Source of the DNA: an uncultured bacterium
Lineage (GTDB): Bacteria; CSSED10-310; CAZUFC01
Direction of reading: 5' to 3'
Assembly (NCBI GenBank): GCA_964619725.1
Contig: CAZUFC010000001.1
Coordinates: forward strand, 128,001 to 192,000
Length of the DNA: 64,000 nucleotides
This document shows, piece after piece, positions 18,169 through 27,726 of the stretch. Position 1 is the first letter of the stretch. Every line of letters begins with the position of its first letter. The position numbers and the translations under genes were made by a program. The notes below the pieces were generated by a model. That model ran no database searches. It saw only the letters and a list, made by a program, of their open reading frames with translations, and had not been told where the DNA came from.

Positions 18169-19797
18169 ATGATGCGTTTCAGCAGTAGAACTCTGTTTAT
18201 CGCGTTATTTTTTATTTTATATTGCGGCGCCGGGCTTTCGGGCGTTGAGGGTGCAGGCGGGTTTGAGCCCGTTGCAGCCGAATGGATCGATACGGCGGCC
18301 CATGGATGGATATTGAATTCGGAATATGTCGAGTGGGAGGATGCTGAAGCGGGGCGGCCGATTCCCCTGGAGAATCTGGACGGCGAGATTACGGCATATC
18401 TTTATCCTGTTCATAAAGGAGCGGAGGTTAAGGGTTATGTGACCATATCCGCTATAAAGGCTTACAGCCCTTTGTTTGAAAGGGCTGCCGGTTCTGACTT
18501 TGTCGATATGGTTCGTCGTTACGGCATCGATTATGATCACAGGCTGCTGTTTTTGGGAAATTTATATTATTTCGTTGAAATCGAAAGCGATAACCATAAT
18601 GAACCTGCTTACATTCATTTGCCTTCATTGGAAGTTTACGAAATAGAAAAAATAGAAAAAATTCAGGAACTTTTCTATGAACGCGAGGAAGACCTCCTGA
18701 GGACATCCCGGGACCATTGGACCGATATGGAAAGAGGCGAATTTTTTACAGGAACGATAGGATCGAATGAAGTTCCCAATGCGGAAGGGTTCGGATGGTA
18801 TCGCGGTTGCGGTCCGACCACCATAACCATGATGCTGCGTTGTTACGGCCGTAACGGGTATCCTGCCATGAACGAAAACATGCAGGAATTTTACTGGTGC
18901 GGTTTAAGAAAGCGGACGGCGCGTCTGTTGCACGACCGGGTAGCCAATTCATGCGGAATGCCTTATGACAGTTGCGATTATAACCAGTACGGAGTAACGG
19001 TTTTCCAGATGCGCAATTCTTTTACCGATACGGCGGCAACTTATGGCTACAACATGGGTGCGACAGTCGACGGGACTCCCAGCTACAACGAATTCAAGGC
19101 TGAAATCGACCAGGGCGATCCGGTGGGGCTGGCGATCTATAATGACAATGGTCCTATGGATTATGACGGGCATGCCATCATGGGATACGGATATATTTTC
19201 AACGCACAACATGTGGCTTTGGTTTTCGATACCTGGACCAGAAATCCCAGACAATACGCTCTCGAAAACCTGGCGGGATGGAACATGGTCAAGGCCGAAC
19301 CCGGTTCGCCGCCGCAGAATACTCCAACGCCGACACCCACTCAACCTCCGCCGCCCACTTTCACGCCGACTCAAGGCTCCACCGCTACTCCGACGCCCTC
19401 TCTGACTCCAACTCCGTCCCCTACTTTTAATCCGCAAAACCCTTTCGTCATCCTGCAGCTCAACGGAGTCTTTTTTACTGAGGGAGACATGTTCGACGTC
19501 TCACTTAACATCTGGAATCCGGAAGAATCCCAACTGACCTATATCATGATTGCTCTGGACCTCTCCGTGTTCGGACTTCCGGACCCCTACTATTTCTGGC
19601 CCCAATGGAACCAATCTCCGGCAATGGTTCCCAGAAGATTGCCGGCATCCAAAGTATATCAAGAAAAAATCCTGGGCTTCCAGTGGCCGGAAACTTCCGG
19701 TGAAGTATGGGGACTGAGATTCTGGACTGCAGTTTTCGATGCTTCAGGAGAAAACCTCTTCGCCAATTTATTCTTTATCGATTTTGGATATAAATAA
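18169..19797 (+). CDS. Secreted papain-fold cysteine peptidase (C39-like/C10-like) with prodomain, Pro/Thr linker and shared C-terminal domain
   Basis: Signal peptide after RBS AGGAGG; candidate triad GCGPTT / GHAIMGYGY / VFDTW; (PT)n linker. Confidence 0.75.
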   Translation: MMRFSSRTLFIALFFILYCGAGLSGVEGAGGFEPVAAEWIDTAAHGWILNSEYVEWEDAEAGRPIPLENLDGEITAYLYPVHKGAEVKGYVTISAIKAYSPLFERAAGSDFVDMVRRYGIDYDHRLLFLGNLYYFVEIESDNHNEPAYIHLPSLEVYEIEKIEKIQELFYEREEDLLRTSRDHWTDMERGEFFTGTIGSNEVPNAEGFGWYRGCGPTTITMMLRCYGRNGYPAMNENMQEFYWCGLRKRTARLLHDRVANSCGMPYDSCDYNQYGVTVFQMRNSFTDTAATYGYNMGATVDGTPSYNEFKAEIDQGDPVGLAIYNDNGPMDYDGHAIMGYGYIFNAQHVALVFDTWTRNPRQYALENLAGWNMVKAEPGSPPQNTPTPTPTQPPPPTFTPTQGSTATPTPSLTPTPSPTFNPQNPFVILQLNGVFFTEGDMFDVSLNIWNPEESQLTYIMIALDLSVFGLPDPYYFWPQWNQSPAMVPRRLPASKVYQEKILGFQWPETSGEVWGLRFWTAVFDASGENLFANLFFIDFGYK

Positions 19798-20051
19798 ACG
19801 CCCCTCGATAAACTCGTTCGGCGATAAAAATCAAAATATCTCAAGGTGTCGACAGAAAACTCCAACAGTCTGTTGAAATTACCCTTACAAACGGAAAAAT
19901 ATGAATAATAGTCCCCGGGGCGGTATCTGCTGCAGTCTGAAAAGCGCCCGCATTTATCCGTCCCTTTTTAGCTCTGGCGTGGCGCTAACGCTGCGTTTGA
20001 CTAATAAGAATTTGTTTAGTAGTATGATCCTTGCCTTCAATGGAGAGAGTG

Positions 20052-21476
20052 ATGACTAATCAAGGTGAAAAAAAATGCCCTCTTTGCGGAAGACCCTTAG
20101 AAAAAGATAAAAAAATATGCGATTATTGTCTGGGGGTAGCTAAAGCGCCGAACGACGTGGCTCGTCTCAGGAAAGAATTACTCGTTGATTTTCCCCCTTT
20201 GAACGAAAGCGAAGAAACAACCGCGGCATCCAGCGCGGAAGATGAAAGCGGGGGAACTTCTGCTGGAGAAAAACGAAAAGAGAAACCTGAAAAATTCCGA
20301 CCGGCTTTCGGCGTCAGAAAATCGGAAACATCAGAAAAACAGGAATTCCTTGCCGAAGAACTGCATAAACAGGCTTTCGATTACCTGAACAGAGGAAAAT
20401 TCGCCAAGGCCATTGAATTGTGGGAACGAGCGCTTGAATATGATCCGGAATTCGATCAGGCAAGAGACTATATAACCAAAGCCAGACAACTGATAGATGA
20501 AGCACGTGAAACATATCGACAGAAAAAACCGGAAACCAGAAAGAAAAAGAAGATACGTTTTTCACGCGTTTTGCTGACCACATTAATTTTATGCGCTATG
20601 TTCGCTGCAGGATATTATTATTTCAGGGAAAAAATTAACAAGATACGCGAGGAGGCCGAAACGCTCGATATCAAGCCTAAAATGGAGAGGATCGAAGCGG
20701 TTGAGGTCCATGGAATGGTTCAGATTCCTGCCGGAAGCTTTCCCATGGGCAAACCGGAAGATGATCCGGGAGCAAGTAAAGACGAAAAACCAAAAAGGAG
20801 CGTTTACCTGAACGAATATTACATGGATAAATACGAAGTGACCAATTCCATGTACGCCCGGTTCATTAACGAGCGAGGTTTGGGAGAGCCGGGGAAGCAG
20901 CCCTGGATCGATATCAGAAATCCGGCATGCAAAATCAGGAAGTTCGGCAACCAATTCAAGGCGGTACCGGGATATGAAGATTATCCCGTCGTGGCGGTGA
21001 ATTGGTTCGGCGCCATGGCTTTCGCTCGTTGGGCCGGCAAAAGACTACCCACTGAAGCGGAATGGGAAAAAGCGGCAGGAGGAACCCTGGGTTTGAATTA
21101 TCCCTGGGGAAACGAATGGGAGCCCAACATGGCCAACCTGGAAGAACGAAATACGCAAAGTCCGATTTCTGAAACCGTGCCGTTAGAGGACATCAGTCCC
21201 TACGGACTTTATCATATGGCCGGCAATGTTATGGAATGGTGCGCCGATTGGTACCAGGATAACTATTATTCTCGAGGTTTCGGCAGGAACCCCCAAGGTC
21301 CGCCTCAGGGAAAATTTAAAACGAAAAGAGGCGGCAGCTTCAAAACCAGCTCATATCTCAGCCGTAACTCTCATCGCGGTTTTGCCTCTCCAAGAGAATA
21401 CGCTGAAGACCTGGGTTTCCGTTGCGCATCCTATCAAGCCCCTAAGCGGGATATCGTTGACTTGGAAACCCCCTGA
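20052..21476 (+). CDS. Zn-ribbon/TPR/TM protein with a SUMF1/FGE-sulfatase-fold C-terminal domain
   Basis: CPLCG...CDYC, TPR, TM helix, then KYEVTN, RLPTEAEWEKAA, MAGNVMEW, RGGS, GFRC. Confidence 0.85.
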   Translation: MTNQGEKKCPLCGRPLEKDKKICDYCLGVAKAPNDVARLRKELLVDFPPLNESEETTAASSAEDESGGTSAGEKRKEKPEKFRPAFGVRKSETSEKQEFLAEELHKQAFDYLNRGKFAKAIELWERALEYDPEFDQARDYITKARQLIDEARETYRQKKPETRKKKKIRFSRVLLTTLILCAMFAAGYYYFREKINKIREEAETLDIKPKMERIEAVEVHGMVQIPAGSFPMGKPEDDPGASKDEKPKRSVYLNEYYMDKYEVTNSMYARFINERGLGEPGKQPWIDIRNPACKIRKFGNQFKAVPGYEDYPVVAVNWFGAMAFARWAGKRLPTEAEWEKAAGGTLGLNYPWGNEWEPNMANLEERNTQSPISETVPLEDISPYGLYHMAGNVMEWCADWYQDNYYSRGFGRNPQGPPQGKFKTKRGGSFKTSSYLSRNSHRGFASPREYAEDLGFRCASYQAPKRDIVDLETP

Positions 21477-21609
21477 ATTTAAAAGATTTTACAGTCATGC
21501 CGGGATCAATGCCGGCTTAAAAACGGTAACGGAAGCGAAAAATAATATTGATTCAGAGGTTTCACTGATCGCTTGCCGCAGGATCAGATCATTTTCATAG
21601 CAGTCGGAC

Positions 21610-22677
21610 ATGAACGAAAACAAACGTCATTTTCTTTTCCTGAGCGCGCTTTTGATTATTTTGATTATTTCAGCGGCCGTTCTTCATCGTTATTCGGATA
21701 TGAATCAAAGGGCGGCGCTTGAAAAGAAAGTTGATCCTGTAAAATTTTCCATCACCCGGAAAGAATTTTTGCGTAATTTTTATTCTTATAAAGAACATTT
21801 TTTCGAAATCGATCATGAAACGGCCCGTAAACGGTTGATGAAAAGACAGGCTGCAGATTCAGTATCCCGCCTGAAAATTGAGGAATTAAAAAAGTCCTTA
21901 CTGGCAAAAGCCTGGAAAAACATTCTATCAGGCAGTCTTAATGAGGCGGAGGATATTCTTGTACGTGTCAGGGAGTTGAATCCCGATCCGGAGGAATTGT
22001 CGAAACTGGAAAATGAGCTGGCGGAACGAAAGTCTGAACTGAAAACAGAAAACCTGAACAGGATGCGACGTGAGCGCAAAGCAGAGGAAATGCTGGAAAA
22101 AGTAAGATTACTCTATTTTGAGGGCCGTTACCAAGAGTCGTTAAGCTTGCTTGATAAGCTGGAAGAAATCGACGGCGGAAATCCTGATATAGAAACATTT
22201 AAAAATCGAAATAGGGCCGCCCTTAATGTAAAAAATGCAAAAGATGAGCGTGGCTTTATCGCTGAAAAACCATCTCCAGCCCCAACGAAAAGAGGCAATA
22301 TAAAACCTCCGAAACTTTCGCCTTCTCCATCGCCCGGATCGGCGCTTCCCTTGCCCAGTGTTGATGTAATTCTTCTCGGTAAGACTGATATACAGGAACG
22401 GACCCCTGTCGAGGTCCTGGTCAGGGTTTCTCCATCGGGCGACGAATATCAGGTGATACTTTATTATAAAAATAAATTCATGTCTGAATACAAATACGAA
22501 CGCTTGTCAGAGGAAAACGCAGGCGAATATTTCGGGAAGATACCGAAAAAGCATGTTAAATCTCCCGATATGGAATATTATGTAGTGGTCATCGACAGCA
22601 AGGGCAACAATTTGGCCGAGCCTGCCGTAAAAAAAGTCAAGGTTTCGAAAAGGCAATGGGTTGAACCGCCGCTGTAA
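21610..22677 (+). CDS. Membrane-anchored TPR-like protein with a C-terminal beta domain
   Basis: N-terminal TM, helical repeats, Pro/Ser linker, terminal YYVVVID..GN. Confidence 0.6.
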   Translation: MNENKRHFLFLSALLIILIISAAVLHRYSDMNQRAALEKKVDPVKFSITRKEFLRNFYSYKEHFFEIDHETARKRLMKRQAADSVSRLKIEELKKSLLAKAWKNILSGSLNEAEDILVRVRELNPDPEELSKLENELAERKSELKTENLNRMRRERKAEEMLEKVRLLYFEGRYQESLSLLDKLEEIDGGNPDIETFKNRNRAALNVKNAKDERGFIAEKPSPAPTKRGNIKPPKLSPSPSPGSALPLPSVDVILLGKTDIQERTPVEVLVRVSPSGDEYQVILYYKNKFMSEYKYERLSEENAGEYFGKIPKKHVKSPDMEYYVVVIDSKGNNLAEPAVKKVKVSKRQWVEPPL

Positions 22678-22766
22678 CAGGTATTATGATGATGGGAAGA
22701 ACGGATGTTCGCAAGCCGGTATGATTTTGACCGCATGCGACCGGGCTTGCATGAGGAGGTAGGGAA

Positions 22767-23978
22767 GTGCGTCGTTATGATATTCCTTTTGATCAATTTC
22801 AACGTTACGAAGATTTGAAGAAGCTCGTGAGCCAAATCAAACAGGTTTCCAGTTCTTCAAAGCTCAGAATTCTGGAAGTCGGCGGATATCTCGCTTCAGA
22901 TGCTCAAATCGGCTATTTGCCCGTTCGTGATTTTTTAACGTCTGATGAGGTTGTCGTTACGGATGTAAAAGATTGTAATGAAGAGAGATATATAGTCGCA
23001 TCGGGATATGAATTGCCTTTCTCTGACGGATCGTTTGACCTGGTATGCGCAATGGATGTGATGGAACATATTAATCCGCAAAACAGGATAAAATTTTTAG
23101 AAGAATTGAATCGAACTTCGTCTGAATATGTTGTGATCGCAGGTCCGTATGCCGACAAGAGGGTAGAATGGGCAGAAAGTTATCTGCATGATTTCGTTTC
23201 CGACGTTCTCCAAACAGGCGTTCCAACTCTCGAAGAACACCTGGAAAACGGATTGCCTTCACTGGCGGAGACGGAACAATTCTTCCGCAGCAAAAATCAG
23301 GCGTGCTTGAGTATTCCGGGCAGTTCGCTGAAAAACTGGATTCAACTGATGATTATCAAACATTTCCTTTATACGGTTCCAGAGAATGACGCTATACAAA
23401 AACTCACCGACAGATACTATAACCTTTTCATTTATCCTTCAGATCGAAGCGAATCCTGCTATCGTCATATGTTGGTGAGCGCCAGGAATCATTCCGGCAC
23501 GTTGCTTGAGGGGATGAGCGAAAGCTTCAGACTTCAGGAACAGGCAGACAAAGCTGACAGGAAGCTGGATGATTTTTTGAAATTGATAAATCTGGTGGCC
23601 GTTCATCTGTCGGGATTGCGCCCGAATCAACGTATCATAGAATTGGAGAGAATAGTCTCCGGTCAGCACAAAGTTATTCAGGACCAGAATCAATATTTGG
23701 AAGAATCGCACGGCATCGTAAAACGACAGCAAAAAATAATGGAAGAACGGGATGTTCTAGTCAGAGAGTTCAAATCCGCAGCGGAAGAACGATTGAAAAT
23801 AATAGACCATCAAAAACAGGAACAACGGAACCTGATGCGCCGATTAGAGGATATGCAAGAGGCATTGGATTTAAAGGAAAAACATATCCGGAACCTGGAA
23901 GACTTCCGCAACAAAATACAATCCAATTTTATATACCGAACGGCAAAAAAATCCAGACGACTATTCGGTAAAAATTGA
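22767..23978 (+). CDS. Class I SAM-dependent methyltransferase with a C-terminal coiled coil (glycan-associated)
   Basis: ILEVGG, LPFSDGSFDLV...DVMEH; Q/E/K-rich heptads in the last ~110 aa. Confidence 0.8.
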   Translation: MRRYDIPFDQFQRYEDLKKLVSQIKQVSSSSKLRILEVGGYLASDAQIGYLPVRDFLTSDEVVVTDVKDCNEERYIVASGYELPFSDGSFDLVCAMDVMEHINPQNRIKFLEELNRTSSEYVVIAGPYADKRVEWAESYLHDFVSDVLQTGVPTLEEHLENGLPSLAETEQFFRSKNQACLSIPGSSLKNWIQLMIIKHFLYTVPENDAIQKLTDRYYNLFIYPSDRSESCYRHMLVSARNHSGTLLEGMSESFRLQEQADKADRKLDDFLKLINLVAVHLSGLRPNQRIIELERIVSGQHKVIQDQNQYLEESHGIVKRQQKIMEERDVLVREFKSAAEERLKIIDHQKQEQRNLMRRLEDMQEALDLKEKHIRNLEDFRNKIQSNFIYRTAKKSRRLFGKN

Positions 23979-24361
23979 ACCATCATTTTTTCGAACGAGG
24001 CATAACCTGCGGCACTGGCGGCGCATCATACCTTCAGGCGCTTTAACCTGTATGAACCTTGTTCCCTTATCAGCCTTAATTCGATTTAACCTTTAAAAAT
24101 ATTAATTTATCTGACACATCCAGCGGGGCGGCACATGTTGTCTTTTCGGAGAACAACTTCAGAACTCTTGACATACCCTAGTCAAACAATTGATTTTAAA
24201 GGCTTTACAAGCTCACCAATTCGGCAAAATTATTGTGAAATATTTTTGAATTTCACGACAAACAATATTGATATTCTTTGAACCGTGATCCGTTTTCATC
24301 AAAAAATTCACAATTCTTTTCAGGCACATTGTCAGGAGCTCAGAACTTTTGAAAAATGGCT

Positions 24362-26026
24362 CTATTCGCCTGATGAATTGTCAGACCGGCGATCATGATG
24401 CCGGATAAAATAAAATTCGTTGTACGGTCGCACAAAAATTTTATTTTCAATGTATCGGGCTGCAAATCGTGAGGCTTCGCGCTGCCCCACGAATACAGCC
24501 AGCCATTTGGGCGGTTCAACCAGCACATCCACGTTCTGTCGAACGTAATCCAAGTATCGGTCGGTCTTGTAAGCCTGGAAAGCTTTATTATTGACCAGGC
24601 AGTCCAGATTTATCGCATAACTGCCGGGAGCGGTAAAATATAGAAGATATCCGAACAAGCCGGCGTTGAATGATCCGAAGCGGGTTCCCTGCGGAATATG
24701 CTTTTGAATATTCTGGAAAAGAGGCGGTACATATTCATCCGGTTTTCGCAGTTCCCACGAGATGCCTGACAGCGAAATAACAGTCAGGCTGATTTGAAAA
24801 GCTAAGGCGAACATGAGAAAACCTGCGGTGATTTTTCTGAATCTGCGACAGAGTAAATTTGCGGCATCACCGATAAGAAGCGAGAATGCAACCGTAGGCA
24901 GCAAGAAATACCAGATATTGTAGGCAGTAAAGTATGCCGCATAGACAAGGAAATGCAGAATGCACGTTATGTAAATAAAAAGCAGGCTTTTTGAAACTGA
25001 GATTTTTCTGTTTATTATAACGACGGCTGCGGAAATCAGGACGATCACAAATTGAATTCCGCAGAATAGATCGGACCAGCGCCTTTCTTTCAATAACTCC
25101 TTCGTGATATTGAAATAGACTCGTCTTAAAATGGTCTGCACATTTATGAGAATATTTTTCCCTGCAGTGAAATAATATGTCCCGTCCTTCATATTCTCCG
25201 GAAAAACTTCAGGCAGATCGCCAAAAAGAACGAATTCTTTCCTGGCAAGTCCGCTCACCTGTGAAAAGGACCCGAAAAAAACTTTGCTGCGAATGAACCA
25301 GGGAGAAATGCACGCGACGCATACTATGACCGTGAACAAGACGAAGCCGGCGGCCCTGAAAAGTTTGCGGTTTCTTCTGTTCAAATGCAGGAATAAAAAT
25401 GAGATCAGAACTCCTGCGAAAATCAGATTCTCGGTTCTGGCCAGAACGCATAAACCCAGCATTAAACCCAGCATCAGGAAATGAATGAAACGGAAACTTT
25501 TTCTACCTGATTGTCTGATAAAAAGGTAACTCGCGGCAAGAAATAAAAACATACTTAAAGGCGTTTCCAGGCCCTTGAACGAAATATTGACGGTAAAGGG
25601 ACTGGTTAAATACAACAGGGCGCCGATCATTCCTGCTCGTGATCTTCTGAGCGTTTTCAACATCGCATAAATAAGGTATGCGGATGCGCACTGGAAAAGG
25701 ACCAGAAAGTTCAGAGCGACTCTGACCGGAATCCAGGGGGCTTCGGGGAATACATAATACAAGGGTAGCAGCAAGACGGCCCAGAGGGGATGGAATCCGT
25801 CAGTAGGAGCCATGCGATCGAAAGAAAAGCAATAGCCTTTTGTATAATTTCGGCTGACCGTAAAATAATAGAAAGCATCATCGCTGATGTTGGGAGGAGC
25901 TGTCCCGCCGATCCAGATGATCGCCGTGCAAACGATAAAAAAGAGGACCAGAGTTATCCAAAAGACGAATTTCAATATGGTCGGATTATCGGATTCAGTC
26001 GTTTTAATGGAGTTCATCCTGTTCAT
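24362..26026 (-). CDS. GT-C fold (ArnT/PMT-like) membrane glycosyltransferase
   Basis: DDAFYY after TM1, TDGFHPLW, GLET, LARTE; polytopic. Confidence 0.75.
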   Translation of the reverse strand: MNRMNSIKTTESDNPTILKFVFWITLVLFFIVCTAIIWIGGTAPPNISDDAFYYFTVSRNYTKGYCFSFDRMAPTDGFHPLWAVLLLPLYYVFPEAPWIPVRVALNFLVLFQCASAYLIYAMLKTLRRSRAGMIGALLYLTSPFTVNISFKGLETPLSMFLFLAASYLFIRQSGRKSFRFIHFLMLGLMLGLCVLARTENLIFAGVLISFLFLHLNRRNRKLFRAAGFVLFTVIVCVACISPWFIRSKVFFGSFSQVSGLARKEFVLFGDLPEVFPENMKDGTYYFTAGKNILINVQTILRRVYFNITKELLKERRWSDLFCGIQFVIVLISAAVVIINRKISVSKSLLFIYITCILHFLVYAAYFTAYNIWYFLLPTVAFSLLIGDAANLLCRRFRKITAGFLMFALAFQISLTVISLSGISWELRKPDEYVPPLFQNIQKHIPQGTRFGSFNAGLFGYLLYFTAPGSYAINLDCLVNNKAFQAYKTDRYLDYVRQNVDVLVEPPKWLAVFVGQREASRFAARYIENKIFVRPYNEFYFIRHHDRRSDNSSGE

Positions 26027-27629
26027 CAGGCGAAAGATTTTGATTTCCGAGAATTCTTAAAGCCTTCCATCCTTTTAATCGTTTTCTCCACGAATGGCCT
26101 TGTTTAGAAAGATAAAGAAAACGGGGATACACTCTCAACCCGGAAAAGACCCGAAGTTTTGGGTTCGAGGAGGGATTCTCGCCGGCAAAATAGTAATGTA
26201 AATTCAGTTCAGGATATTCCGGCTTGTTTTCACCGTCAAAAATGATGGCGGTGAATTTTTTCTGCCGGATGCTTTCCAGAATATCCTGCGGGAAATCCTG
26301 TTCATCATTTTTCAAAATGTCGATCAGACCCATCTGATGATAATGCTGGAAACGCTGAGCTTTGTATGTATAGAAGGGATGATGGGGAATCAGTGCAGGT
26401 CCGGGCAACGCGGCGATCTGTTCCAGGAAGTTTTCGCCTGTGCGGATATCCTTCAGGACAGGAATGACGTGATCAGGCGGGTAAAACAGTATAATATATT
26501 GAAAGATTAGAACTGCGGCTGCAGCAGCAACTGTTTTTTCAGCCGCCTTTTTATTATTCTTCAAAAAGAATTGAAAAACATTCCATCCTGCCAATCCCGT
26601 AAGCAGAGAGGCAAACCAGTAAGCAGGGATATAATTATATGCCCATCCGCCAGTGTTGGCTCTCAGCAGAATGCTTGTCATCGCTGCAGGAACGGCTGCA
26701 ATAATCCAGAAATTATTGGAATCAGGCTTTAAAAACCCCCGGGGACAATAAAAAAAACGTTGGAGTGACCAGACAAGACTGATGCTTACGGCTATCGGAA
26801 AAAAACCCGTCAGCTCTCGCGGGCTTTTGATGAAAAAAACATCCCAGAGAGTTTTTCGATGAGCCGGCACGAGGAACAGATAGTGAAAAAACCATCCGTC
26901 CGATTTGACATGATAATATGTAAAGGCTGCGCTGATGAAAAGCACTGCCGAACCCATGAAAACAAGGGCATTTCGTTTATTTGATATCCACAGCAAAAAG
27001 AACAGGAAAGGCAGAAAAGCCAGCGCAGGCTGTTTGGTCATAACCGCTGCCGTATAAGTTAAGGCGCTGAGTATCAGGCCGGTTTTCGTTTTTCCATGAT
27101 GCCGGATAAGATAGAATGTTAAAACAGTCAGAAACAAATAAAGCATATCGACTCTGGCCAGATCGTACCATAAAAGAGCGATCCCGTAACAGGCCGGAAA
27201 AAGAGAAGATGAAGCAAGCGACCAGAACAGAGAACGTGTTTCCTTGAACAGGATTTTAAGTAAAATCAGCCAGGCGGCTATAGAAGAAACAATCGATACG
27301 GAGCGGGCGATCCAATATTCCGCTCCGGTTATCTTCATCAGGCTGCCGATTATGACCATGTAAAGGGGAGGATAATTAGACGGAATAAATTCAAGAGAAG
27401 GGGGGCAATACAGCGGTTTATCCAGCATTACGCGGACGCCGTGCATCATGATCCACCCCTCCAGCCATTCCAGATCAAAGGGATAAGCGATTCGATGAGC
27501 CGTGGTATAACCCAGAAAAACCACAGCGGAAAATGAGGCGCCCAGCAGTATAAGACAGAAGACTCCGGAAACCGATAAAACGGGAATTCCTATTGATCGT
27601 TCAAAAAATGCGGGAATCCTCAAATTCAT
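26004..27629 (-). CDS. GT-C fold (ArnT/GT39-like) membrane glycosyltransferase
   Basis: LEWLEG, YPPLY, ARVD, TKQ; polytopic. Confidence 0.75.
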   Translation of the reverse strand: MNLRIPAFFERSIGIPVLSVSGVFCLILLGASFSAVVFLGYTTAHRIAYPFDLEWLEGWIMMHGVRVMLDKPLYCPPSLEFIPSNYPPLYMVIIGSLMKITGAEYWIARSVSIVSSIAAWLILLKILFKETRSLFWSLASSSLFPACYGIALLWYDLARVDMLYLFLTVLTFYLIRHHGKTKTGLILSALTYTAAVMTKQPALAFLPFLFFLLWISNKRNALVFMGSAVLFISAAFTYYHVKSDGWFFHYLFLVPAHRKTLWDVFFIKSPRELTGFFPIAVSISLVWSLQRFFYCPRGFLKPDSNNFWIIAAVPAAMTSILLRANTGGWAYNYIPAYWFASLLTGLAGWNVFQFFLKNNKKAAEKTVAAAAAVLIFQYIILFYPPDHVIPVLKDIRTGENFLEQIAALPGPALIPHHPFYTYKAQRFQHYHQMGLIDILKNDEQDFPQDILESIRQKKFTAIIFDGENKPEYPELNLHYYFAGENPSSNPKLRVFSGLRVYPRFLYLSKQGHSWRKRLKGWKALRILGNQNLSPDEQDELH

Positions 27630-27726
27630 AGCAATTTCGCATCATACCCGCCTCGTTTGGATTAATCAATAAGTTTCGACCGGATGAGGCGTTATGGTCC
27701 CGCCACCGTCATTGCAAACGCTTTCC

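Noticed and set aside
19861-19878. CAACAG-T-CTGTTG palindrome resembling fused IS ends
   Set aside because: Too short, with no transposase or target duplication.
23990-24145. 6S RNA call based on GCGGCACATG
   Set aside because: I could not build the long closing stem and central bubble; kept only as an unexplained region.
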